Shown here: piece by piece, positions 10,000 through 17,805 of the stretch
Numbering within the stretch: the first letter of the stretch is position 1
Layout of the letters: the number at the start of each line of letters is the position of its first letter
DNA from: an uncultured Acidobacteriaceae bacterium
Lineage (GTDB): Bacteria; Acidobacteriota; Terriglobia; Terriglobales; Acidobacteriaceae
Reading direction: 5' to 3'
Assembly (NCBI GenBank): GCA_963844905.1
Contig: CAWJQD010000003.1
Coordinates: 14,785-78,784 of the forward strand
Length of the DNA stretch: 64,000 nucleotides
Translations under genes and position numbers: made by a program
The notes under the pieces: generated by a model
What the model was told of the DNA's origin: nothing
What the model saw: the letters and a program-made list of their open reading frames with translations, nothing else
Databases searched by the model: none

Positions 10000-10117
10000 C
10001 GTTTGGATTCGGTTCGGATCCTGAATCGAACACACGCCCTCACGTTAAAAAATCCGTTTGATTATCTCAATAATTTGCGAACACAAAGCTGCGGCAGTTG
10101 AGTTAGGAATCGCACCA

Positions 10118-11824
10118 ATGACCAAGACGAACTCGGAAAGTCAGGGCAATCTTACTCACACGAACTTCCTCCGCGACATCATCGCCGAGGATGTCCGCAC
10201 CAAAAAGTTCCGCGACGCCCAAATCCAGACCCGCTTTCCTCCCGAGCCCAACGGCTACCTCCACATCGGCCACGCCAAGGCCATTTGCATCGACTTCGGC
10301 CTCGCCGACGAGTTCGGCGGCAAGACCAACCTGCGCTTCGACGACACCAATCCCGAGAAGGAAGAGACGGAGTACGTCGAATCGATCATGGCCGACGTGC
10401 GCTGGCTGGGCTTCGATTGGGACCGCCTCTGCTACGCCTCCGACTACTTTGGCCAGCTCTACGAGTGGGCTTTGCAGCTCATCAAAGCCGGCAAGGCCTA
10501 CGTCGACGACCTCAGTGCCGACGAGATTCGCCAGCACCGCGGCACGCTCACCGAGCCCGGACGGGACAGCTCCTTTCGCAACCGGTCAGTCGAAGAGAAT
10601 CTTGACCTGTTTACCCGCATGAAGCAGGGCGAGTTCCCCGACGGCAGCCGCGTCCTCCGCGCCAAAATCGACATGGCCTCGCCCAACCTCAACATGCGCG
10701 ATCCCGTGATGTACCGCATCCTGCATGCGACGCACCATCGCACCGGCGACGAGTGGTGCATCTACCCCATGTACGACTACGCCCACGGCCAGTCCGACTC
10801 CATCGAGCAAGTCACCCACTCCATGTGCACGCTCGAATTCGCCGACCACCAGCCCCTCTACAAGTGGTATATTGCCCAGCTCGGAATCTTTCCCTCCGAG
10901 CAAATCGAATTCGACCGCCTCAACCTCACCTACACCATTCTCTCTAAACGGAAGCTACTGCAGCTGGTGAACGAAAAGCATGTGAACGGCTGGGACGATC
11001 CGCGCATGCCCACCCTCTCCGGCATTCGCCGCCGCGGCTTTACCCCCGAGGCCATCCGCGCCTTCTGCGCGCAGATCGGCGCCTCGCGCACAAATGGGGT
11101 CACGGATATCGAGATGCTCGAGCACTTCCAGCGCGACGACCTCAACCGCCGCTCTTCCCGCGCCATGGCCGTCCTGCACCCCCTCAAGCTAGTCATCGAC
11201 AACTACCCCGAGGGCAAAGAGGAATCTGTGGAAGTGGCCAACAACCCCGAAGACCCCTCCGCTGGAACGCGCCAGGTGCCCTTTTCCCGCGAGCTCTACA
11301 TCGAGCAGGATGATTTCCGCGAGACTCCTCCGCCCAAGTACTACCGCCTCTCTCCCGGCAAGGAGGTCCGCCTTCGCAACGCCTACTTCGTCACCGCCCA
11401 GCGCGTGGTCAAAGACGCGGCCGGCAACATCGTCGAAGTCCACTGTACCTATGATCCGGCCAGCCGCGGCGGCAACTCGCCCGACGGCCGCAAGGTGAAG
11501 TCCACCATGCACTGGGTCTCGATCTCCCACGCCATCTCCGCCGAAATCCGTCTCTACGACAAGCTCTTCTTGAAGGCCGATCCATACGACATAGCGGAAG
11601 GCGAGGACGTCCTCTCGAATCTCAACCCCAACTCCCTCGAGATCCTCCGGGGCGCAAAGCTTGAGCCCTCTCTCGCCGGCGCCAAACCCGGCGACCGCTT
11701 CCAGTTCGAGCGGGTCGGCTACTTCTGCCTCGATCCCGACTCGGCTCCGGGCAAGCTGGTGTTCAACCGGACGCTGCCGCTGAAAGACACTTGGGCGAAG
11801 ATCGAGAAGAAGGCGGGCGCGTAG
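10118..11824 (+). CDS. glnS: Glutamine--tRNA ligase
   Basis: [39 protein letters not shown] and FQFERVGYF; ATG at 10118. Confidence 0.97.
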   Translation: MTKTNSESQGNLTHTNFLRDIIAEDVRTKKFRDAQIQTRFPPEPNGYLHIGHAKAICIDFGLADEFGGKTNLRFDDTNPEKEETEYVESIMADVRWLGFDWDRLCYASDYFGQLYEWALQLIKAGKAYVDDLSADEIRQHRGTLTEPGRDSSFRNRSVEENLDLFTRMKQGEFPDGSRVLRAKIDMASPNLNMRDPVMYRILHATHHRTGDEWCIYPMYDYAHGQSDSIEQVTHSMCTLEFADHQPLYKWYIAQLGIFPSEQIEFDRLNLTYTILSKRKLLQLVNEKHVNGWDDPRMPTLSGIRRRGFTPEAIRAFCAQIGASRTNGVTDIEMLEHFQRDDLNRRSSRAMAVLHPLKLVIDNYPEGKEESVEVANNPEDPSAGTRQVPFSRELYIEQDDFRETPPPKYYRLSPGKEVRLRNAYFVTAQRVVKDAAGNIVEVHCTYDPASRGGNSPDGRKVKSTMHWVSISHAISAEIRLYDKLFLKADPYDIAEGEDVLSNLNPNSLEILRGAKLEPSLAGAKPGDRFQFERVGYFCLDPDSAPGKLVFNRTLPLKDTWAKIEKKAGA

Positions 11825-11858
11825 GGTATACTTGCTCCGAATTTCGAGGACTGACCAA

Positions 11859-12041
11859 ATGGCTGATCAAATCAAAGCGGGCGATGTCGTTGTCCTGAAG
11901 TCTGGCGGACCAGATATGACTGTCAAATGGGTTAACGGATCAGAATGTTACTGCGAGTGGTTCGACGGGAAAAAAGTAATAGGAGGGTCCTTCGATACCA
12001 TTCAACTTCGCTCAAATGAAGAAAGTCCAAGGGATCGCTGA
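11859..12041 (+). CDS. YodC/DUF2158 family small protein
   Basis: IKAGDVVVLKSGGPDMTV...CEWFDG pattern; GAGG RBS before ATG 11859. Confidence 0.8.
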   Translation: MADQIKAGDVVVLKSGGPDMTVKWVNGSECYCEWFDGKKVIGGSFDTIQLRSNEESPRDR

Positions 12042-12071
12042 GGCATGCGGTCCAATTCTCAGAGGCGCCCG

Positions 12072-12126
12072 CGTGCCCCATCTTTCGCGCGTTTTTTTGC
12101 ACGAAGGGGTGGGAGAGCAAGGACCT
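12072..12126 (+). repeat. REP-like palindrome, family A
   Basis: cgtgccccatctttcgcgcgtttttttgcacgaaggggtgggagagcaagg. Confidence 0.7.
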
Positions 12127-12149
12127 AGACGACTGTGCCTTCGTCAGGC

Positions 12150-12220
12150 CCGGCACCCTCGCCTTCAACCGCACCCTCCCCCTCAAAGACACCTCGGCAG
12201 GGATTTAGAAGAAGGCGGGC
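12150..12220 (+). pseudogene. Relic of the glnS 3' end
   Basis: Translates [23 protein letters not shown], against the glnS C-terminus [24 protein letters not shown] (11746-11818). Confidence 0.88.
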
Positions 12221-12243
12221 AGCTGCTCAGCGGCTGGTTTACG

Positions 12244-12287
12244 TTTGTGCTCTCTCGCGTCTCAAGGCTGGGACGCTGGGCCACCCG
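12244..12287 (-). repeat. REP-like palindrome, family A (inverted relative to the 12072 copy)
   Basis: Reverse complement gggtggcccagcgtcccagccttgagacgcgagagagcacaaac shares both flanks with the other copies. Confidence 0.6.
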
Positions 12288-12331
12288 GCGTTGGGCTCGG
12301 AATGCACTGCGGGTCCGTCAGGAGCAATTCG

Positions 12332-13414
12332 GTGGAACTTTGCGTTTTTAAATTCAACCATGTAATTCACTGGAAGCTCTCCCCATCGGACCCGTTGCTT
12401 TACGACATTCAACCATACCCAGGGGTTCGGCTCGTTGCACCGCTGCTCTTCCCTGGCATCGAAGGTCTGATGGACGCCAAGCGAGCCGACGCAGAAGGCC
12501 TCAATTCCGAAAGCTATATTGGGCCCTTATGCCTGATCGAGACTGACGGGATTGCGTTCTCCATAGATGACGCACATGTCGCCCAGTACAAGCCCAAAGA
12601 CGTCGCTCGGTTTGCGTGCTTTAGATCCGACAGTCCCCCGCTGGATGCCGTCCTCACTCTTCTTCTAAATGCCCTAAGACATTTCAGCAAACAGGCGGAC
12701 TTGCCAACGAGCCCCGACGACGTCAACATTTGGGAATGGCTGAACCCGCCCGAGATGCCGACTATCGGAGCCCCACGCTCGAGCAAACTGATTCGGGCCG
12801 TTGCCAAATCAATTGTAGAAACAGCTATCACAAGAAAACACATTGAATCTGCGTGCAGCTGCGGCTCGGACTTCAGCGCTCCTATCTTCGACACACTAAT
12901 GCTCGACGCTATCAGCGCCCACGCTTCGCACGACTACCGAAAATCGATTCTGTACTCGGCAATTGCCGTAGAATCGGCGGCCTCGATTGTGTTGGAGGAC
13001 CAATTTGAGAAACACGTGCAAATGTCCGACTCGCCAAATTGGCGTGTAGTTGAAATCCCGCAATCGGGAGGAAAGGTAGTCCGGAAAGACCCCATCTGGT
13101 CCTACCTAAGAAGACGGGAAGACGCCAACGCGCTCCTGCATGAGGGTGCCCTCTACGTTTTAGGACGTTCGCTGATGCTCGAAAACGATCCCCTATACCA
13201 ACTCATGGAGCGTCTGAGGTCGACTCGAAACAAAATCGTTCATCTTGGCGAGCCGCCTGAGCAGAACCCAAGCCAATATTTGTCAATTGACCAACAGGGC
13301 TCTTCGGACGCTCTAAATTGCGCGAATGAAGTGCTCAACTGGTTAGGCGTGGGCAACGAATACAAGCTTCATGAAAGCGGGCTGGTCAATGTCTCAAATG
13401 CTCCAACAGAATAG
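12332..13414 (+). CDS. Hypothetical protein with a C-terminal HEPN-like Rx4H motif
   Basis: GTG 12332 follows AGGAG; SAIAVESAA helix and RNKIVH at 13226-13243; AT-richer than the host genes. Confidence 0.65.
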   Translation: MELCVFKFNHVIHWKLSPSDPLLYDIQPYPGVRLVAPLLFPGIEGLMDAKRADAEGLNSESYIGPLCLIETDGIAFSIDDAHVAQYKPKDVARFACFRSDSPPLDAVLTLLLNALRHFSKQADLPTSPDDVNIWEWLNPPEMPTIGAPRSSKLIRAVAKSIVETAITRKHIESACSCGSDFSAPIFDTLMLDAISAHASHDYRKSILYSAIAVESAASIVLEDQFEKHVQMSDSPNWRVVEIPQSGGKVVRKDPIWSYLRRREDANALLHEGALYVLGRSLMLENDPLYQLMERLRSTRNKIVHLGEPPEQNPSQYLSIDQQGSSDALNCANEVLNWLGVGNEYKLHESGLVNVSNAPTE

Positions 13415-13474
13415 AAGTCCAGTCGGCTTCCCCAGGCCTCGCTTCTGAGCAAGGGGATCTCCGCACACTCCCGC

Positions 13475-13867
13475 TTACGGAATCAGATACGCCCCCGGAA
13501 TCCCCTCGTCCAGCGTCGCCAGAACCGCTCCATTCGCGCTTGCCAGTTGCACGAGATGGCCGTCCGTGGTCTGCGCCGGGCTTTTTGCCCACTTCGGCAA
13601 GAATGAAATGTCATTCCCGTCGTTTATGAATTCGAGCGGGAACTCTTTCCACGCCTTCAGTTCCTGCAATAGGGATTTTGCGTGTGCCACGTCCATGCCG
13701 TAGGTTCGAACATTCCCAAGCACGCGAACGAATCCAAGCTCGGTGATAGAACATGTCAGGAAGCGATCGCCCTTTCGGGATCGAATCCAGGCGCCAACCC
13801 GATCGTGGAAATCATGCTGCCTGAATCCATAGGCGATGAGCGCGTTGACGTCCAGAAGGTACCTCAT
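13475..13867 (-). CDS. vapC: PIN domain (VapC) toxin
   Basis: YLLDVNALIA, ITELGFVR, TTDGHL and LATLDEG provide the acidic PIN residues. Confidence 0.9.
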   Translation of the reverse strand: MRYLLDVNALIAYGFRQHDFHDRVGAWIRSRKGDRFLTCSITELGFVRVLGNVRTYGMDVAHAKSLLQELKAWKEFPLEFINDGNDISFLPKWAKSPAQTTDGHLVQLASANGAVLATLDEGIPGAYLIP

Positions 13868-14124
13868 GGAAAGTCAACGAGCAGTTCTCGGACCATCTTG
13901 CTGGTCAGAATCGGCGCATCAGGGCCCAGGTCAATCACCGGAAAACCCGTGATGGGGTCTTTAATGATTCTGGCCTTGGAGCGCGTCCCCTTTTTGGGGG
14001 CTGTCAGAACAATCCGATCCTTCTCGATGGCAATATCGAGTGGATCGCCGGCGCGGAGGCCCAGCCTGCGGCGCAGCGGCGTGGGGATCACGATCTGGCC
14101 TTTGGTGGAAACCCGGGTCTGCAT
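13864..14124 (-). CDS. AbrB/MazE/SpoVT family antitoxin (VapB-type)
   Basis: TRVSTKGQIVIP..LRRRLGLRAGD swapped-hairpin motif; 4-nt overlap with the PIN gene. Confidence 0.9.
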   Translation of the reverse strand: MQTRVSTKGQIVIPTPLRRRLGLRAGDPLDIAIEKDRIVLTAPKKGTRSKARIIKDPITGFPVIDLGPDAPILTSKMVRELLVDFP

Positions 14125-14144
14125 GGTAAGACGATCTTACCATG
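14122..14144. promoter_or_regulatory. Perfect inverted repeat, candidate vapBC autoregulatory operator
   Basis: catggtaaga-cga-tcttaccatg has 10-bp arms and overlaps the antitoxin start codon. Confidence 0.65.
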
Positions 14145-14192
14145 AAATCGCCTTGCGGAGAACATGACCCGGTTCGCCGGTCTTCCCGCCTG

Positions 14193-14702
14193 CTACTTTC
14201 CCACCACATCGATCGGCACGTCGATTGTCTTCGGCGGCAGGCACTGGTTCTGGTCGCAGGCCTGGTAGCGCAGCTTGCCCTGCACCAGGTGATGGCCCGG
14301 CGTAGCCACAATCTGCGCCTGAATCACGAACTCGCCGGTATACACGCTGAGCTTGGTCGTGGGATCGGCGGGCAGCGCCATGACCGTCCCCGCCGGATAG
14401 GCCGCGGCATTCAGCCGCACGCCCATGCCGTCAGGGATCGAAAACGTTGTCGCAATCAGGAATTCGTCGCCGGGCGTGTGCGAATTGATGTGCAGCCCCT
14501 GCGCGACGCGGAAGTGCAGCGCTACCGGGCTCGCCTTGCCCGCGGGAACACTCACCTGCGCGGGAAACAGATACTGCACCGCATCCGTCTTGACGATGGA
14601 GCGATTTTGCGCGGCCGCCGGAATTACCTGCCCCCGGCCCGCCACCGCTCCCAGCGCCAAAACCGCAACCGCCGCAATACATTGCTTCTTCATCTTGACC
14701 AT
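14193..14702 (-). CDS. DsbD N-terminal (Ig-like) domain protein
   Basis: Signal peptide, VAQGLHINSH, YPAG and LRYQACDQNQCLPPK (C-x4-C); adjacent to TlpA. Confidence 0.8.
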   Translation of the reverse strand: MVKMKKQCIAAVAVLALGAVAGRGQVIPAAAQNRSIVKTDAVQYLFPAQVSVPAGKASPVALHFRVAQGLHINSHTPGDEFLIATTFSIPDGMGVRLNAAAYPAGTVMALPADPTTKLSVYTGEFVIQAQIVATPGHHLVQGKLRYQACDQNQCLPPKTIDVPIDVVGK

Positions 14703-14794
14703 CGACCTCAAGTCTTGGGCTTTCCTTTTCGCCTCGCTGGGGCGCCCGCTCCAACTCCGCTAACTCCGCTAACACCGTTAACTCGCTGACTCCC

Positions 14795-15445
14795 TCACTC
14801 CCCCAGCGCCTTCCTGATGTTCCCCTCGATGTCGCTCTCTGACGTCAACCCCACCTGCGCCGCCACGACCTTCCCCTCGCGGTCCACAAAGAACGACGCG
14901 GGCAAATCGTCCAGCCCGCCGTAGTCGCGGCTGATGCTGTCGCCGTCCAGCAGCACCGGGTACGGAACTTTCATCTCCGTCACGAACTTGCTCGCGTTGG
15001 CTTGTTCCTTCTCCCATCCGGCCTTGTCGCTCTTCTCAAGGTCGTCGCCTTCGGTGTCCACGCCCAGCACTTCGAAGCCCTGCGCCGCATACTTGTTGCG
15101 CAGCTCGATCAGCCACGGCGTCTCCACCTTGCACGGACCGCACCACGTCGCCCAGAAGTTGATCAGCACGGCCTTGCCCCGATAGTTCTCGAGCGAAACC
15201 TTCTTACCGCTCAGGTCGTCGAGCGCAAACGCCGGTGCCGGCTTGCCGTTGAGCGGAGAAACGTATTGCAGTGTGTCACCCCCGGGAACAGGCACCAGCT
15301 CGCCTTGTGCGGCCCCGGCCAGCAAGCGCTCGGCGGCCTGCTGGCGATACTCCCAGTTGGCCCACCCCGCCCAGGCAAAGATGGCCAGAATCGCAAGCAC
15401 AGCGGTAAGAACCAGCGTGTTGCGACGCACCGGGAAGGACTTCAT
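14795..15445 (-). CDS. TlpA-type thiol:disulfide oxidoreductase
   Basis: N-terminal TM anchor, APAFALDDLSGKKVSL, NFWATWCGPC and LPASFFVDREG. Confidence 0.9.
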   Translation of the reverse strand: MKSFPVRRNTLVLTAVLAILAIFAWAGWANWEYRQQAAERLLAGAAQGELVPVPGGDTLQYVSPLNGKPAPAFALDDLSGKKVSLENYRGKAVLINFWATWCGPCKVETPWLIELRNKYAAQGFEVLGVDTEGDDLEKSDKAGWEKEQANASKFVTEMKVPYPVLLDGDSISRDYGGLDDLPASFFVDREGKVVAAQVGLTSESDIEGNIRKALGE

Positions 15446-15620
15446 GGCTCCATTGTACGAGCCTGAGCGATGAGCAAAGAACCGCACAGAGTGCCCGGCC
15501 GCTGCCGCTCGTCGTTCTCCGTTCCCTCTTCCCTATTCCTTTGTCCCTTGTTTCCTCGCTCGCTAGTCCCTACGTCCCTAATCCCTACGTCCCGGCCTTT
15601 GCTGTTACCATCAAAAGCCA

Positions 15621-16628
15621 ATGACCAAGCCCAACCCCAACGATCGCGAACCAAGCGCCTCTGGCCCCGCAGATCTGGTCCGCACCGAGGCCGCCGCGCT
15701 CGAAGCCCTCGCCGCCCGCCTCGACGGGCCCATGTCAGAACCGTTCAGCCGCGCTGTCGAAATGATCCTCCATTGCGGCGAGTCCCACGGCCGAGTGGTG
15801 GTCACCGGCATGGGCAAGAGCGGCATCATCGCGCAAAAAATCGCCGCCACGCTCAGCTCCACGGGCTCTCCGGCACTGTTCCTTCATCCGGCCGAGGCGG
15901 TCCACGGCGACCTGGGTGTTTTGATGCCCGGCGACGTGGTCATTGCCCTCTCGGCCAGCGGCGAAACCGAGGAGATCCTGCGCCTGCTGGCCACGCTCAA
16001 GCGCAAGGGCGACGCGCTCATCAGCTTCTGCTGCAACCTGCGGTCGACCCTGGCGCAGGCCAGCGACGTGGCTCTCGATTGCTCCGTCGAGCGCGAAGCC
16101 TGCGGGCTGAACCTTTCGCCCACGGCCTCCACCACCGCCATGCTGGCACTGGGCGACGCCCTCGCCGTCGCCGTCAGCCTGCGCAAGGGTTTCCGCGCCG
16201 AGGATTTCGCCGAGCTGCACCCCGGCGGCAAGCTTGGCAAGCAACTCGCCAAGGTCCGCGACCTGATGCACACCGGTGAAGACGTCCCAGCCGTCGCGCC
16301 ATCCACGCCCATGGCCGATGTGATCTTCGAGATGTCGTCCAAAAAGCTCGGCATCACGACAGTTCAGGACGCTGGCCTCTTGCGCGGCGTAATTAGCGAC
16401 GGTGATCTCCGCCGCTTGCTCGAGCGCGAGGGCGGCGCTGCGCTCAGCAAGACGGCGGGCGAAGCGATGAACGCGAATCCGCGCACCATCGGCGGTGAAG
16501 AACTGGCCGCTAAAGCGCTGGCCATCCTCGAAGAGCGCAAGATTACGTCGCTCATCGTCGTCGATGCCGATCAGCACGTCGAAGGCGTGGTGCATCTGCA
16601 CGATCTTTGGGGCGTGGAGTTGATTTGA
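15621..16628 (+). CDS. kdsD: KpsF/GutQ family arabinose-5-phosphate isomerase (SIS + CBS)
   Basis: VTGMGKSG, HPAEAVHGDLG, PTASTT, HPGGKLG and two CBS domains. Confidence 0.88.
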   Translation: MTKPNPNDREPSASGPADLVRTEAAALEALAARLDGPMSEPFSRAVEMILHCGESHGRVVVTGMGKSGIIAQKIAATLSSTGSPALFLHPAEAVHGDLGVLMPGDVVIALSASGETEEILRLLATLKRKGDALISFCCNLRSTLAQASDVALDCSVEREACGLNLSPTASTTAMLALGDALAVAVSLRKGFRAEDFAELHPGGKLGKQLAKVRDLMHTGEDVPAVAPSTPMADVIFEMSSKKLGITTVQDAGLLRGVISDGDLRRLLEREGGAALSKTAGEAMNANPRTIGGEELAAKALAILEERKITSLIVVDADQHVEGVVHLHDLWGVELI

Positions 16629-16714
16629 AAAAGAGGTAGACAGTTTGAAAAGATGCGCGGTGACCTCGGACTGAATCCGATCGCGAAAAGCGAACAAGGC
16701 TGAAAGGGGGTTGC

Positions 16715-17608
16715 ATGGGGAGGTGCCACTATTGTGGAGCGTGGGCCGGACTATTCAAGCACGCACACCCCGGTTGTGAGGAGGCGCATGTCCAGGAAGA
16801 GAATGCTCGCCAGGCACGGGAGCGCGAAGAATCAGATAAGGTGAACCAAATATGCTCTCTAATCTCATCTGCGCCCGATGGACATGTCTCTGTTGATGAG
16901 CTTGCCGGCCTCATTGCGCCGATCGCCCCGGAGGGGAGCGGACTCATTTGGCAATCGCTCTGTGCATGGGTAAAGAAGCTTGCAGTAGGCACGGACGACC
17001 ATCCTTTCCCAACCCCAGAAGAAGAAGCGCTACTGACGGCAATTTGCAAGCATTACGGGTTCAAAGGCACCGACCTCCCTGACAATACATGGGATCGTAT
17101 CGTCAGGTGCTGCGCAGCAAGGGACCTTCAGGAGGGGAAGATTCCTGACCGCGTACAAGTCGCGGGAGATCTCCCATTCATTCTCGAAGCCGCCGAGCGC
17201 GTTGTATGGCTGTTTTCCAATGCTGAATATTTGGAGGACCGCGTCGTTCATGCATCGGTCCGCCCTTACGCCGGAATCAGCGTTCGCGTCGTCTCCGGAC
17301 TGTACCTGCACACTGGCGGGTTAGGGCGGTTGCCAGATCAGGAGGGATTTGTCCTAGTTGATTCAGGCTTGCTTGCTCTGACGGATCAGGCGATTCTCTT
17401 CCATGGCACGCACAAATCGCTGCGGCTGAGGTTCCGCGATCTCGTGTCAATTGATCGATACGACTGTGGTTTTGCGGTGTGCAAAGGGACGCAGAGCGCC
17501 CGCAACCAAGGCTTCCAGGCACAGGATGTGTTCCCTGGCTTCCCGTACCTGCTTGCAAGAGAACTGAGCCGGCTTGCGGCGGAATCCGCGGCAAAGCCCC
17601 GTCATTAA
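16715..17608 (+). CDS. Hypothetical accessory protein (N-terminal CxxC; C-terminal PH-like LALTDQAILF segment)
   Basis: 297-aa ORF with lower GC, sitting between kdsD and proS; MGRCHYCG start. Confidence 0.6.
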   Translation: MGRCHYCGAWAGLFKHAHPGCEEAHVQEENARQAREREESDKVNQICSLISSAPDGHVSVDELAGLIAPIAPEGSGLIWQSLCAWVKKLAVGTDDHPFPTPEEEALLTAICKHYGFKGTDLPDNTWDRIVRCCAARDLQEGKIPDRVQVAGDLPFILEAAERVVWLFSNAEYLEDRVVHASVRPYAGISVRVVSGLYLHTGGLGRLPDQEGFVLVDSGLLALTDQAILFHGTHKSLRLRFRDLVSIDRYDCGFAVCKGTQSARNQGFQAQDVFPGFPYLLARELSRLAAESAAKPRH

Positions 17609-17805
17609 GGCGGCGGGCACACGACTCTGGCGTATGGCTCCGCTCGCTGCCAACAGCCTTCTACAGAGTCTCTTAGCGCAATTCGGGGTATGATTGAGGC
17701 CGTCAAGTCGCTCCAGGGCCCGACTCCCCCAACATTTAGAATGAGAGTTGCTATCATTTGCCCTGCGTTCGCCGCGGCGGACGAGAAAGTACGCTTACCT
17801 CTTTT

